Below are positions 1-12,296 of a stretch of 64,000 nucleotides of DNA, piece after piece. Source of the DNA: Tagaea sp. (GTDB taxonomy: Bacteria; Pseudomonadota; Alphaproteobacteria; CACIAM-22H2); NCBI GenBank assembly GCA_965279525.1, contig CBDIIB010000004.1, positions 960,001 through 1,024,000 on the forward strand. Direction: 5' to 3'. Numbering within the stretch: the first letter of the stretch is position 1; every line of letters begins with the position of its first letter. The notes beneath the pieces are model-generated. The model was not told the origin of the DNA. It searched no databases and saw nothing but the letters and a program-made list of their open reading frames with translations. The translations under genes and the position numbers were made by a program.

Positions 1-2
1 TC

Positions 3-1460
3 GCACCGGATGTCGGCGGTGCGTTCGGCGGCAAGGCCTCGCTCTATCCGGAAGAGGCCGCGGTCGCACTTGCCGCACTTCGGCTGCACCGGCCGGTCGC
101 TTGGACCGCCACCCGATCGGACGAATTCCTTGCCGCAACGCATGGGCGCGGATCGACGACGCACGGCTCGCTTGCGCTCGCTGAAGACGGAACGATGCTC
201 GGGCTGAAAGCGAGCATCGCATCGCCACTCGGGCACTGGATGTCGTATTCGGCTGTCGTGCCGGCCCGCAACGCGGCGCGCATCCTGCCCGGACCGTATC
301 GCGTTCCGGCTGTCGCCCTGTCTGCAAACGGCAGATGCGATGCGCATGCACCTGTCGGCATCTATCGCGGCGCCGGCCGCCCGGAGGCCGCGATGCTGAT
401 GGAGCGGCTCGTCGAAACGGCCGCCCGTGACCTCGGCATGGACCCCGCCGAGTTGCGCCGCATCAATATGGTGCGCCCGGCAGATCTCCCTGCGGCGCTG
501 CCGGCCGGTGGCAAACTCGACTCGGGCGATTTTCCAGCACTGCTGGACGATGCGCTGCGCCTGGCCGGTTACGCGGATGCGCGCGCCCGGATCGATATGC
601 GCCGCGCGAAAAACGAGATCTGCGGCATCGGACTGGCGCTCTACGTCGAACCGTGCGGCCAGGGCTGGGAAAGCGCCACGCTCCGCCACGACGGCGGCGG
701 GCAGTTCACGCTCCTGACAGGTTCGACGGCGCAAGGGCAAGGGCGCGAGACGGCTTTCGCGCAGATCGCGGCCGAAGCGCTGGATGTACCTCTCGAGGCG
801 ATCACCGTGCGCCATGGCGACACGTCGGTGTCGCCGCCTGGCATCGGCGCGCTGGCAAGCCGCTCGACCGCGATCGGCGGAAGCGCCATCGTGCGCGCGG
901 CCGAAACCCTGATCGCTTCGCTGGGCGGGCGACCGGCAAGCGGCTGGTCGTCGGCACCTGCCGGCGAGGCCGCGATCGTCTATGAAGCCGCTGGCGAAGC
1001 CTGGAGCAGCGGCTGCTGCATCGCCTTCGTCGCGATAGACCGGGACACAGGCGCCCTGACAGTCGAGAATGTCGTCTGGGTCGACGATGCCGGGACCGTG
1101 ATCAATCCGATGCTCGTCGAGGGCCAGTTGCGTGGCGGCCTCGCCCAGGGTCTCGGCGAGGCGCTCATGGAACGGATCGTCTATGACGCCGACGGACAGC
1201 TCCTGACCGGTTCGCTGATGGACTATGCGGTTCCGCGCGCTCGCGATATTCCGCCGACCGTTCTGGCGAGCCGCTCGTCCCCTTCGCCGGCCAACCTGCT
1301 TGGCGCAAAGGGCGTGGGCGAGGCCGGCTGCATCGGCATTCCGGCGGCGATCGTCAACGCCGCCGTCGACGCGCTGGCACGATTTGGCATACGACATCTC
1401 GACATGCCGTTGAGCGCCGAGAAGCTTTGGCGTGTGATCGATTCTGGAGAAAAGCGATGA
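3..1460 (+). CDS. Xanthine dehydrogenase/CoxL-family molybdopterin-binding large subunit (5'-truncated by window edge)
   Basis: Frame is open from base 3 (APDVGGAFGGK, then YRGAGRPEA, QGQGRET, DAGTVINP, GAKGVGEAG); YRGAGR loop is form II/hydroxylase-like, not the AYxCSFR of true CODH. Confidence 0.9.
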   Translation, partial: APDVGGAFGGKASLYPEEAAVALAALRLHRPVAWTATRSDEFLAATHGRGSTTHGSLALAEDGTMLGLKASIASPLGHWMSYSAVVPARNAARILPGPYRVPAVALSANGRCDAHAPVGIYRGAGRPEAAMLMERLVETAARDLGMDPAELRRINMVRPADLPAALPAGGKLDSGDFPALLDDALRLAGYADARARIDMRRAKNEICGIGLALYVEPCGQGWESATLRHDGGGQFTLLTGSTAQGQGRETAFAQIAAEALDVPLEAITVRHGDTSVSPPGIGALASRSTAIGGSAIVRAAETLIASLGGRPASGWSSAPAGEAAIVYEAAGEAWSSGCCIAFVAIDRDTGALTVENVVWVDDAGTVINPMLVEGQLRGGLAQGLGEALMERIVYDADGQLLTGSLMDYAVPRARDIPPTVLASRSSPSPANLLGAKGVGEAGCIGIPAAIVNAAVDALARFGIRHLDMPLSAEKLWRVIDSGEKR

Positions 1461-2416
1461 TCTACAGCCGTGCGGATGCCAAGCGCCATGCGCGCGCCAA
1501 CCTCAAGGGTATCTGGGCTGCCGCCCTTACGCCGTTCAAGGCGGGCGATGGCGCGATCGACGAGGGCGGATTCCGGCGGAACATCGATCATTGGATCGGC
1601 GATCTCGGGATCGACGGCCTTTTCATCGCCGGAAAGCAGGGCGAGTTCTTTTCCATGTCGCTTGCCGAGCGCAAGCGGACCTTTGAGATCGCGGTGGACG
1701 CCGTCGGCGGCCGCGCCGGCACGATCATGTCGTGCTCGGACCAGAACATGGATGTCGTGATCGATCTGGCCCGTCACGCGCAGAAGGTCGGTGCCCAATA
1801 TATCGTCGTGCATGCGCCCGTCCTGCATTTCCTCAAGGAGCGCGACGAGACTCTGTTCGCCTACTACAGCCACATCGCCAGCCAGGTCGATATCGGCATC
1901 GCCCTGTGGAGCCATCCGGACTCGGGCTACCTGATGAGCCCGCAGCTCTGCGCCCGTCTTGCGGAGATCCCGAACGTGGTCGCCATCAAATACTCCGTTC
2001 CCCGACCGATGTACGCCGAGCTGACGCGGCTTGCAGGAGATCGGCTGATCGTGTCGACCGCGTCGGAAGAAGAATGGTTCGACAACGTCGTCGAACTCAA
2101 ATGGCAGGTTTATCTGTGTTCCAACCCGCCATTCCTTTTCCAGACGAAAGCGGACCGCCGCATGCGGGACTATACCGATCTTGCGTTTGCCGGACGGACC
2201 GGGGAGGCGCGCGCGATGCGCGACAGCCTGGAGCCGGTGCGCGAGGCGTTCCGCAAGACGCGCCCGGCCGAAAAGCCCCATGCGCATGCGAAGTACTGGC
2301 AGGATCTGCTGGGCCAGACCGGCGGCAGCGTCCGCCGCCCGATGCTGGACCTGACATCCGCCGAGAAGGACGCCATCACGCGCGCCATCGCCGATTGCGG
2401 CCTTGTTCGCGGCTGA
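1457..2416 (+). CDS. Dihydrodipicolinate synthase/N-acetylneuraminate lyase family protein (non-canonical aldolase/hydratase-aldolase)
   Basis: ALTPF, GKQGEF (cf. GTTGE), Schiff-base Lys in VVAIKYS; ATGA overlap with upstream stop. Confidence 0.85.
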   Translation: MIYSRADAKRHARANLKGIWAAALTPFKAGDGAIDEGGFRRNIDHWIGDLGIDGLFIAGKQGEFFSMSLAERKRTFEIAVDAVGGRAGTIMSCSDQNMDVVIDLARHAQKVGAQYIVVHAPVLHFLKERDETLFAYYSHIASQVDIGIALWSHPDSGYLMSPQLCARLAEIPNVVAIKYSVPRPMYAELTRLAGDRLIVSTASEEEWFDNVVELKWQVYLCSNPPFLFQTKADRRMRDYTDLAFAGRTGEARAMRDSLEPVREAFRKTRPAEKPHAHAKYWQDLLGQTGGSVRRPMLDLTSAEKDAITRAIADCGLVRG

Positions 2417-2434
2417 TACGGAGGGACATCACGC

Positions 2435-2995
2435 ATGCCGACGCCCATGGATCTGCCCTTCTCGAAGCCCTTCAATTTCTCGAGTTGGATCGAGGAGAAC
2501 CGCCATCTTCTCAAGCCGCCGGTCGGGAACAAGCAGCTGTTCACCGGTACGGACATGATCGCGATGGTCGTCGGCGGTCCCAATTCGCGCGTCGACTTCC
2601 ACGACGACCCGGCTGAGGAGTTCTTCCACCAGATCAAGGGCGACATGCTCCTCAAGATCGCCGACCGCGGAAAGATCTACGACTTGCCGATCCGGGAAGG
2701 CGAAGTCTTCATGCTGCCGGCCCATGTCCGCCATTCGCCGCAGCGCCCGGTTGCGGGATCGGTCGGACTCGTGGTCGAGGGGCGCCGCCGTCCGGGCGAT
2801 CGCGACGGATTCGAGTGGTTCTGTTTCGGCTGCGGAGCCCTGATCCACCGGGTCGAGATCGACCTCAAGGATATCGTCAAGGACTTGCCGCCGCTGTTCG
2901 AAGCCTTCTACGCCGACACGCATGCGCGAAGGTGCCAGGCCTGCGGCACGGTGCACCCCGGCAAGACGCCGCCGGCCGGTTGGGTAGCGGCGTGA
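2435..2995 (+). CDS. nbaC: 3-hydroxyanthranilate 3,4-dioxygenase
   Basis: LLKPPVGNK, VGGPNSRVDFHDDPAEEFF, HSPQRP, rubredoxin-like CFGC...CQAC. Confidence 0.93.
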   Translation: MPTPMDLPFSKPFNFSSWIEENRHLLKPPVGNKQLFTGTDMIAMVVGGPNSRVDFHDDPAEEFFHQIKGDMLLKIADRGKIYDLPIREGEVFMLPAHVRHSPQRPVAGSVGLVVEGRRRPGDRDGFEWFCFGCGALIHRVEIDLKDIVKDLPPLFEAFYADTHARRCQACGTVHPGKTPPAGWVAA

Positions 2996-3092
2996 TTCCG
3001 GATAGCGGGCATCGGCCGCGGAATTGCAAGCGGACCGATGCACGCCTACAGTCCTTCCAGATAGTTCCTCGTACCCCGGAGACTGACGCGAC

Positions 3093-4586
3093 ATGAACAG
3101 CCCGATGCGCGAACCGCAGGTCGCCGTCACCCGGTATGGGAAGCTCAAGGGCACGATCGAGAACGGGGTCGAGGCATATCGTGCCGTGCCCTACGCGATG
3201 CCGCCGACCGGCGAACGCCGCTTCCGCCCGCCGGAGCCGCCGGCCGCGTGGACGGGCGAGCGCGACGCGACCGTGCACGGGCCCGTCGCACCGCAGAACC
3301 GTTCGCGTCTCGCGATCCCGATGGGCGATTTCGTCCGGCCGCAGGGCGAAGACTGCCTGACACTGACGGTCTGGACTCCGGCCGCCGACGGGAAACGCCG
3401 TCCCGTGCTGGTCTGGCACCACGGCGGCGCTTTCGTCAGCGGTGCCGGCTCGCTCGACTGGTATTCGGGCGCAAGTCTCGCGAAGCACTGCGACGTCGTC
3501 GTCGTCGGCGTCAACTACCGGCTCGGCGTCCTCGGTTTCATGCACAAGCCGGGACTTTCGGAAACCAATCTGGGCCTGCGCGACCAGATCGCGGCACTCG
3601 AGTTCGTCCACGCCAACATCGCTTCGTTCGGCGGCGATCCCGACGCGATCTCGGTCGGCGGGCAGTCGGCCGGCGGCATGTCGGTGATGGCGCTGCTTGC
3701 GATTCCGGCCACCCGGAAATTGTTCAAGCGCGCGCTGATCCAGAGTTCGCCTTTCGGACGCGATCTGCGTTCGGTCGACGAAGCTGCGGCCACCGCCGCC
3801 AAGGTCGAGGAATTCCTCGGCATCAAGAGCGACGCACAGTGGCGCGATGCGGCCCCGGCCGACATCCTCGCCGCGCAGATGAAGACCATGATGCACCATG
3901 CCAAGTTCGCCGACGCGTCGTCGCCGTTCTGGCCCGTCGCCGACCGCGAGCTGTTCGGCGTCGACATGGCGGCATCGGCCCTCGCCGGGGCTGCCGACCG
4001 CGAAGTGATCGTCGGCTATACGCGCCACGAGTCGACGGCGTTCTTCGCCAAGAACGAACAGGTCCTCAAGGCCGACGATGCGGCCGTCGAGCGCCGGTTC
4101 CGCGACTATTTCGGCGCGGATGCAAGGGCTGCCATGGCCGAGTACGCGGCACGCACCGGCGAAACGAGCGCGGTCACGCTGCTCTCCGAGATGGTCGGTG
4201 ATGCGGCACTTGCCGCCAAGTCGATCGAGTTCTGCGACCGCCTGTCGACGATCGGCAAGCCCGCCTATGTCTACCGATTCGACTGGGCGGCACCGGGAAA
4301 TCCGTTCCGCGCGTGCCACTGCATCGAACTGCCCTTCATGTTCGATTCCCTGCCCCACTGGTCGGCTCCGATGCTTGAAGGCGGCGATCCGGCCGGCATG
4401 GCGGCATTGGCGGCACAGATGCGCGACAGCTGGGCCGCCTTCGTGAGGACAGGCAACCCCAACGTGGCCGGACTGCCGGAGTGGCCGCGCTACGATACGG
4501 CCACGCGCCGGACGATGCTGTTCGACGTTCCCTCCCGGGTCGCGGACGATCCGGCCGGGCGCAAGCGCTGGCGCTACTGGCCGTGA
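3093..4586 (+). CDS. Carboxylesterase type B (p-nitrobenzyl esterase-like)
   Basis: EDCLTLTVW, HGGAF oxyanion motif, GQSAG nucleophile, ACHCIELPF catalytic His. Confidence 0.9.
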   Translation: MNSPMREPQVAVTRYGKLKGTIENGVEAYRAVPYAMPPTGERRFRPPEPPAAWTGERDATVHGPVAPQNRSRLAIPMGDFVRPQGEDCLTLTVWTPAADGKRRPVLVWHHGGAFVSGAGSLDWYSGASLAKHCDVVVVGVNYRLGVLGFMHKPGLSETNLGLRDQIAALEFVHANIASFGGDPDAISVGGQSAGGMSVMALLAIPATRKLFKRALIQSSPFGRDLRSVDEAAATAAKVEEFLGIKSDAQWRDAAPADILAAQMKTMMHHAKFADASSPFWPVADRELFGVDMAASALAGAADREVIVGYTRHESTAFFAKNEQVLKADDAAVERRFRDYFGADARAAMAEYAARTGETSAVTLLSEMVGDAALAAKSIEFCDRLSTIGKPAYVYRFDWAAPGNPFRACHCIELPFMFDSLPHWSAPMLEGGDPAGMAALAAQMRDSWAAFVRTGNPNVAGLPEWPRYDTATRRTMLFDVPSRVADDPAGRKRWRYWP

Positions 4587-5365
4587 GCGCCGCCGCGATC
4601 TCGTTTGAAGATGTGCGCCTGACGCTCGGCGGCGACCGGATCTACGATTCGGTCGATTTTTCCGTTCGTCCGGGCGAATTCGTCTGCCTGCTCGGGCCCT
4701 CCGGATGCGGCAAGTCGACATCGCTCCGGATCATCGGGGACCTCATCGCGCCGGACTCCGGTACGGTCAAGGTTCTCGGCCGCCCGCCGAAGGAGTCGTG
4801 GTCGGATGTCGCGTTCGTCTTCCAGTCCCCGCGATTGGTTGCCTGGCGTACCGCCATTGCCAATGTCCTTCTGGGTGTTGAACTGCGCTTCGGCAAGGCC
4901 GAGGCGCGCACGCGGGCAGACAAGGCGCGCGCCCTTCTCGCGATGGTCGGACTTGCCGACAGTGCTGGAAAGTATCCGCTCATGCTGTCCGGCGGCGAGC
5001 GCCAGCGCGTCGCCATCGCGCGCGCACTCGCGGTGGATCCGACCATCGTGCTGATGGACGAGCCGTTTTCGGCACTCGATCCGAACACGCGCCGGCGGCT
5101 GCGCGGCGAGATCGAGCGCATCTGGCAGGAAACCGGAAAGACGGTGCTGTTCGTCACGCACGACATCGACGAGGCGCTGACCCTCGCCGACCGTATCGTG
5201 CTGCTTTCGAACAAGCCGACCCGGGTGCTCGAGATCGTCGACGTCCCGGCCGCGCGGCCGCGCGCGCTCAAGTCCGATCCGGCACTTGTCGCCTTGCACG
5301 AACGCCTGAATTCCCTGTTCCGCTCTCTCGAACCCGATGCTCCAACCGAGGACCCCCAGCCATGA
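4583..5365 (+). CDS. NitT/TauT-family ABC transporter ATP-binding protein
   Basis: GPSGCGKST Walker A, LSGGERQR signature, MDEPFSALD; GTG start overlapping upstream stop. Confidence 0.92.
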   Translation: MSAAAISFEDVRLTLGGDRIYDSVDFSVRPGEFVCLLGPSGCGKSTSLRIIGDLIAPDSGTVKVLGRPPKESWSDVAFVFQSPRLVAWRTAIANVLLGVELRFGKAEARTRADKARALLAMVGLADSAGKYPLMLSGGERQRVAIARALAVDPTIVLMDEPFSALDPNTRRRLRGEIERIWQETGKTVLFVTHDIDEALTLADRIVLLSNKPTRVLEIVDVPAARPRALKSDPALVALHERLNSLFRSLEPDAPTEDPQP

Positions 5366-6363
5366 CCGCGATCCGTCCGACCCGCCGTGCGATCCTCGCC
5401 GGCACAGCTGCTACCCTGCTCGCCGCACCGGCCGCCCTGCGCGCGCAGACAAAGCCCAAAGTGACCTATGCGTATCTGCTCGATCCGGCCTACGACGCGG
5501 TCACGTGGGCGATCAAGAACGGCAAGGTGCGCTCCGACACGATCGACGTCGAGGCGACCGGCATGAACATCCCCACGCTCCTGCAGGTCACGGCGACCCG
5601 CCAGTACGACGTGGTGATGACCGCCGTGATCGGCGTGCCTGCGGCGATCGCACGGGGGCTGGATCTGCGCATCCTGTCGGCGGCGCTCTACACGTCGCCG
5701 GCCGGCGAAGGTGGCGGCGTGTGGGTCAACAAGGGCAGCACGCTCCGTGATCCGCGTGAACTCAAGGGAAAGACGCTCGGCTCCTACGGCCTTCGTGCGA
5801 CCGGCTACATGTTCGTGCGCGAGGCATTGGCCAAGCGCTTCGGGCTCAACATGGCGCTCGAGGGCGGCGACGTCCGCCAGGTCGAGATCGCGGCCCCCAA
5901 CCTGCCTGCCGCACTTTCGACGAACCGCGTGGAAGCCGCCACGCTGATCCACTCGCAGGCCTATCGCGCGATCGAGACGGGCGAGTACGTGAACATCTGC
6001 GAGTCTGCCGCGATCAACAACGAGATCCACGGGCGCCTCGTCTCGGCCGTCAATGTCGGTTATGCTGACCGCCTCGGCGAGCGCGCGGCGCAATTCCGCG
6101 AGTTCAACCGCCTGCTGAAGGCGTCCGTCACCTACGCACTTGCCAACCGCGACGAGGTATTCGGCGATGTTGCCAAGCAGGCCAACATCGACCGGAAGTT
6201 CTTCGACTGGTGGTTCGACCGCACGACCGACGTACCGGCCATTTTCGCCGCAGAGCATGCCTCGGCCGTGACGAAGGCCTGGAACATCGGCCTCGGCTTC
6301 GGGATGATCCAGGCCGTTCCGGCAGTCGACACGCTGACATGGGACCAGACCTTGCGGGCCTGA
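5362..6363 (+). CDS. NitT/TauT-family ABC substrate-binding protein (Tat signal)
   Basis: TRRAILAG twin-arginine signal, ELKGKTLG motif, operon context. Confidence 0.85.
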   Translation: MTAIRPTRRAILAGTAATLLAAPAALRAQTKPKVTYAYLLDPAYDAVTWAIKNGKVRSDTIDVEATGMNIPTLLQVTATRQYDVVMTAVIGVPAAIARGLDLRILSAALYTSPAGEGGGVWVNKGSTLRDPRELKGKTLGSYGLRATGYMFVREALAKRFGLNMALEGGDVRQVEIAAPNLPAALSTNRVEAATLIHSQAYRAIETGEYVNICESAAINNEIHGRLVSAVNVGYADRLGERAAQFREFNRLLKASVTYALANRDEVFGDVAKQANIDRKFFDWWFDRTTDVPAIFAAEHASAVTKAWNIGLGFGMIQAVPAVDTLTWDQTLRA

Positions 6364-6367
6364 CGGC

Positions 6368-7144
6368 GTGCGCGCGAGATCCGACACGGTAAAGGCAGGC
6401 GTTGCGGCACTCTTCCTGGCAGTCCTGATGGGCGCCTGGATGATCATGGCCGCACGTCTGCCGCCTTACATGCTGCCGCCGCCGGAGCGCGTGCTTCAAG
6501 CGGCCGGCCGGTTCTTCACCTCTTCGCGCCAGCTCGGCCATCTGACGGCCACGCTGTTCAATGTCGGCACGTCGATCGTCGTGGCATTCGGACTTGGCGG
6601 CACGCTCGCCCTGCTGGCGCACTACCTGCGACCGTCGGCACCGACGATCCACGGGCGCCTCAGCCCCTTCCTGAACGCGTTTCCGGGAGTCGGCTGGACG
6701 CTGCTTGCGGTCATCTGGTTCGGCGTCTCGACGACATCGGTCGTCTTCTCGATCACCGTCGTCCTTCTGCCGTTCGCACTGGTGAACCTGCGCGAGGGTC
6801 TCGCCGCACTCGACCGGGAGATCGACGAGATGGCGCGCAGCTTTGGACGCGACGGGCGGCGCCTGTTTTTCGCGATCGTCCTGCCGGCGCTGGCACCGTT
6901 CGCCGCGGCCACCTTGCGGATCATGTTCGGCGTCGCGTGGAAGGTGACGCTGACGGCCGAACTTTTCGGCGGCAGCGAGGGGCTGGGTTACCTCATCAAC
7001 ATCGCGCGACAGGAATACGACACCGAGACTATTTTCACCGTCGTGCTGACGATCGTCGTCGCGGTCTATCTCGCCGACCGCTTCCTGTTCGCACCGATGG
7101 AGCGGGCCACCGCCCGCCAGTTCGGACTGGAACGGCGGCGATGA
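6368..7144 (+). CDS. NitT/TauT ABC permease
   Basis: Hydrophobic helices, LPPPERV, EAA-like DEMARSFG, AELFGGSEGLG. Confidence 0.88.
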   Translation: MRARSDTVKAGVAALFLAVLMGAWMIMAARLPPYMLPPPERVLQAAGRFFTSSRQLGHLTATLFNVGTSIVVAFGLGGTLALLAHYLRPSAPTIHGRLSPFLNAFPGVGWTLLAVIWFGVSTTSVVFSITVVLLPFALVNLREGLAALDREIDEMARSFGRDGRRLFFAIVLPALAPFAAATLRIMFGVAWKVTLTAELFGGSEGLGYLINIARQEYDTETIFTVVLTIVVAVYLADRFLFAPMERATARQFGLERRR

Positions 7145-7899
7145 GCTATCTCCGGCAGCCTTGGCCCGTCTGGGCCGCCAATGCCGCCGTCGCTGCGGCA
7201 CTTGGCGCATGGGCCTTTGGCGCCGGCAGCCTGCCCGAATTCGTGCTGCCCGGTCCCTTGGCGGTCGGCAAGCGGTTGGTCGCACTATTCACCGAACCGA
7301 CGTTCCTGTCGCACACGCTGGCATCGGTGACGCGGGTCCTGCTGTCCGTCGCACTTGCCCTGGCGATCGGCGGCGGGCTCGCGCTCCTCAATCGCGCCGT
7401 TCCGGCGGTCGACTGGGTGGTGCGCGGCATGGTGCTGCCGTTCTTCAGTTCGTTCCCGTCGATCGGCTGGGCGATCCTCGCCGCCATCTGGTTCCAGCCG
7501 GGCCATTTCGCGGTCGTCTTCGTGCAGGTCGCGATCCTGATCCCGTTCTGCCTGATCAACATCGCCGAGGGCCTTCGCCAGATCGACCGCGAAACGGTCG
7601 AAATGGCCGACAGTTTCACGCGCAATCGGTCGCGTATCGTCCTGTGGGTGATGGCGCCGCTGTTGCTGCCCTATGTCCTTGGCGCGTTGCGCATCGCCTA
7701 TGGCATCGCGTGGAAGATCGCACTGGTGGCGGAACTTCTGGGCGCGACGTCCGGGTTGGGATTCCTGATGCTCCAGTCGCAGGGCTCGGCCGACATGCCG
7801 ACCGTCATGGCAGCATGCGCCGCCGTTGTCCTGCTGTTCGTTGCCGGCGAAAAGCTGATCCTCGATCCGATCGCGCGGAAGTTTTCGGTTCGTGGATAA
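7141..7899 (+). CDS. NitT/TauT ABC permease (second)
   Basis: LPGPLAV, EMADSF, AELLGATSGLG; ATGA overlap. Confidence 0.88.
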   Translation: MSYLRQPWPVWAANAAVAAALGAWAFGAGSLPEFVLPGPLAVGKRLVALFTEPTFLSHTLASVTRVLLSVALALAIGGGLALLNRAVPAVDWVVRGMVLPFFSSFPSIGWAILAAIWFQPGHFAVVFVQVAILIPFCLINIAEGLRQIDRETVEMADSFTRNRSRIVLWVMAPLLLPYVLGALRIAYGIAWKIALVAELLGATSGLGFLMLQSQGSADMPTVMAACAAVVLLFVAGEKLILDPIARKFSVRG

Positions 7900-7935
7900 T
7901 CGTAAAAAACGATAATTATATTTAATACTATCGAT
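7899..7935. promoter_or_regulatory. Putative OxyR operator upstream of katG
   Basis: AT-rich patch with ATCG-N7-CGAT-N7-TTTA-N7-CGAT, same spacing as OxyR ATAG-N7-CTAT-N7-ATAG-N7-CTAT. Confidence 0.55.
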
Positions 7936-8001
7936 TTTCTAGAATTTGTTTTCTGGAATACCTTCGCGACAGGTCGATACGGCTTAAAGAAGTCGCATTG
8001 A

Positions 8002-10239
<2,238 letters not shown>

Positions 10240-10263
10240 TCGGAAAGCAGCTCGCTAGGACGC

Positions 10264-10300
10264 AGGGGACTTCGTGGCCACCCGCCATGAAGTCCCCTTT
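10264..10300 (+). terminator. Rho-independent terminator after katG
   Basis: AGGGGACTTCGTGGC-caccc-GCCATGAAGTCCCCT stem followed by short T run. Confidence 0.7.
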
Positions 10301-10305
10301 CGGCC

Positions 10306-10334
10306 TTGACTCTATATTTTATAAAAAATAATTT
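10306..10334 (+). promoter_or_regulatory. Sigma70-type promoter with overlapping AT palindrome (likely GntR operator)
   Basis: TTGACT-N17-TAATTT; palindrome TTTTATAAAA at 10317-10326 in the spacer. Confidence 0.6.
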
Positions 10335-10340
10335 AAGGCG

Positions 10341-11516
10341 ATGAAGATCGCTCAAATCGAAGTCGTTCCGCTCGAGGCCACCTTCGCCCGCCAGTTCGGG
10401 GGAATCGACAAGGTTCCGCCGCAACTCCTTCGTCCCGCAGCACATTTCCAGAAAATCGTGCGCGCCGGCCAGTATGCCACGCTTGCTTTCATCCGCGCCG
10501 AGGACGGGACGACCGGTGTGGGCGAGGCGTTCGGCCTGCCCCATCCGGCGCCGACGGCGCTGCTGATCGAGCGTGTCATAGCACCCGGGTTGATCGGCCT
10601 GCCGATCGGCGATCCGACCGAGATGCTTGCCGAATACACCGAGTATTTCGCCGCGATGGGCCATGGCCGCGGCATGCCGGCCGAAGCGATGAGCGCCATC
10701 GACATGGCGCTCTGGGACCTCAAGGCGAAGCTCGCCGGCAAGCCGCTGTGCGAACTGCTCGGCGGTTCGCCGGGGCCAGTACCCCTCTACGCCAGCCCCG
10801 TCCCCTTCCTGCCGACGCTCGAAGCCTCCGCGACGGCCGCCAAGGCGCTGGTGGCGCAAGGCTACAACGCGATCAAGCTGAAGGTCGGCCGCGGTGCCGG
10901 CATCGATCTCGACCATATCGGCGCCGTGCGCGCGGCCATCGGCCCCGCGATCGGACTGATGCTCGACGTGAATTGCGGATACGACGAACCCACGGCGATC
11001 GAGGTCGGCAGGCAGCTGTCGCGCCACGCGGTCACGTGGTTCGAGGAGCCGATCCCGCCCGGCGATCCGGCGGCACTGGCACGGGTACGCGCGAAATCCA
11101 CCGCACCGATCGCAGCCGGCGAAAACGAATTCGCCATGCACGATTTCCAGGCGCTGGCTGAAGCCGGTGCGGTCGACGTGCTGATGCCGAACATCGCGCG
11201 CGCCGGCGGCGTCAGCGGGCTGATGGCGCTGGGCCGCCTGTGCGCCAGGCACGGCATCAAGCTCGGCCCGCATGGCGTGGGCACCTGTGTCGCGGTCGCG
11301 GCGGCGCTGCATGTCTGCCGAGCGACCGAGGGTTTCGGCATCTACGAAGCCAACCGCCTGCTCAACCCGCTGCGTGACGACATGCCCCGGCAGAAGCTCG
11401 TCCTCGCCGACGGCGCCTTCCTGACGCCCGGCGGACCCGGCCATGGCGGCGATCCGCGGCCCGACGTGATGAACAGCTACCGCCTTGCGATTTCCGTCGC
11501 GTCGAGCGCTGCCTGA
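10341..11516 (+). CDS. Mandelate racemase/muconate lactonizing enzyme (enolase superfamily)
   Basis: SAIDMALWDLKAK, KLK, DVN, EEP, GEN metal ligands. Confidence 0.9.
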   Translation: MKIAQIEVVPLEATFARQFGGIDKVPPQLLRPAAHFQKIVRAGQYATLAFIRAEDGTTGVGEAFGLPHPAPTALLIERVIAPGLIGLPIGDPTEMLAEYTEYFAAMGHGRGMPAEAMSAIDMALWDLKAKLAGKPLCELLGGSPGPVPLYASPVPFLPTLEASATAAKALVAQGYNAIKLKVGRGAGIDLDHIGAVRAAIGPAIGLMLDVNCGYDEPTAIEVGRQLSRHAVTWFEEPIPPGDPAALARVRAKSTAPIAAGENEFAMHDFQALAEAGAVDVLMPNIARAGGVSGLMALGRLCARHGIKLGPHGVGTCVAVAAALHVCRATEGFGIYEANRLLNPLRDDMPRQKLVLADGAFLTPGGPGHGGDPRPDVMNSYRLAISVASSAA

Positions 11517-11518
11517 CG

Positions 11519-12259
11519 ATGGATGTCGCGGCAATCAAGACGACCGGGGAACTTGGCGAACTTGTCGGCCATCCCGGCGAAACGCTGACCGCGACGCTGA
11601 AACGCACGATCCTCGAAATGATCCTCTTTGGATATTTCGCCGACGAGACCCGCCTCTACCCCCACGAACTCGCCGAACGCTTCGGCGTGAGCCAGACGCC
11701 GGTGCGCGAAGCGCTCATGCAGCTCGCCAGCGAAGGGCTGGTCGAGGCGACGCCTCGGCGCGGCTATCGCATCCGCACGCCGACCGCCGAACAGGTCACC
11801 GACCTGTGGCAGGTCCGCAGCGGCCTGGAAATTACCGCGGCCGAGCGCGTGATCGCGCGGCTTGCCACCGGCGCGCTATCCGATGCCGACCTCGCGCCGC
11901 TCGAAGCGCTGCAACAGCGGCGCGACAGGCTCGGCAAGCGCATGACGACGAAGGAACACATCGAGACGAACTCGGCGTTCCACCGCACGATCGTCGAGCT
12001 CAGCGGCAACCGCCTGCTGAACTCGGTGTTCGGCTCGATCCAGCAGCAGCTGATCGCCGCCTGGGTCCAGCGCGGGATCGACTCCTGGCGCGAACGGCTG
12101 GCGGACGATGGCGTGGAACATCACGGCATCATCGACGCGTTCAAGGCGCGCGACGTCGAGAAATGCCGCGCGGTGATGGCCAAGCATGTCGGCCGCTCGC
12201 TGAACGGCGCGCTCGCCGATCTCGAATTCAAGCGCGCGGCCACGGCCGCGAAGATCTGA
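11519..12259 (+). CDS. GntR (FCD) family transcriptional regulator
   Basis: LAERFGVSQTPVREAL wHTH; FHRTIVELSGN and EHHGII FCD motifs. Confidence 0.92.
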   Translation: MDVAAIKTTGELGELVGHPGETLTATLKRTILEMILFGYFADETRLYPHELAERFGVSQTPVREALMQLASEGLVEATPRRGYRIRTPTAEQVTDLWQVRSGLEITAAERVIARLATGALSDADLAPLEALQQRRDRLGKRMTTKEHIETNSAFHRTIVELSGNRLLNSVFGSIQQQLIAAWVQRGIDSWRERLADDGVEHHGIIDAFKARDVEKCRAVMAKHVGRSLNGALADLEFKRAATAAKI

Positions 12260-12296
12260 ACCGAAGGACCGGAAAATCCGGCAGAGGGAGGAAGAC

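Noticed and set aside
3-1460. Aerobic CO dehydrogenase CoxL
   Set aside because: Active-site loop is YRGAGR, not form I AYxCSFR
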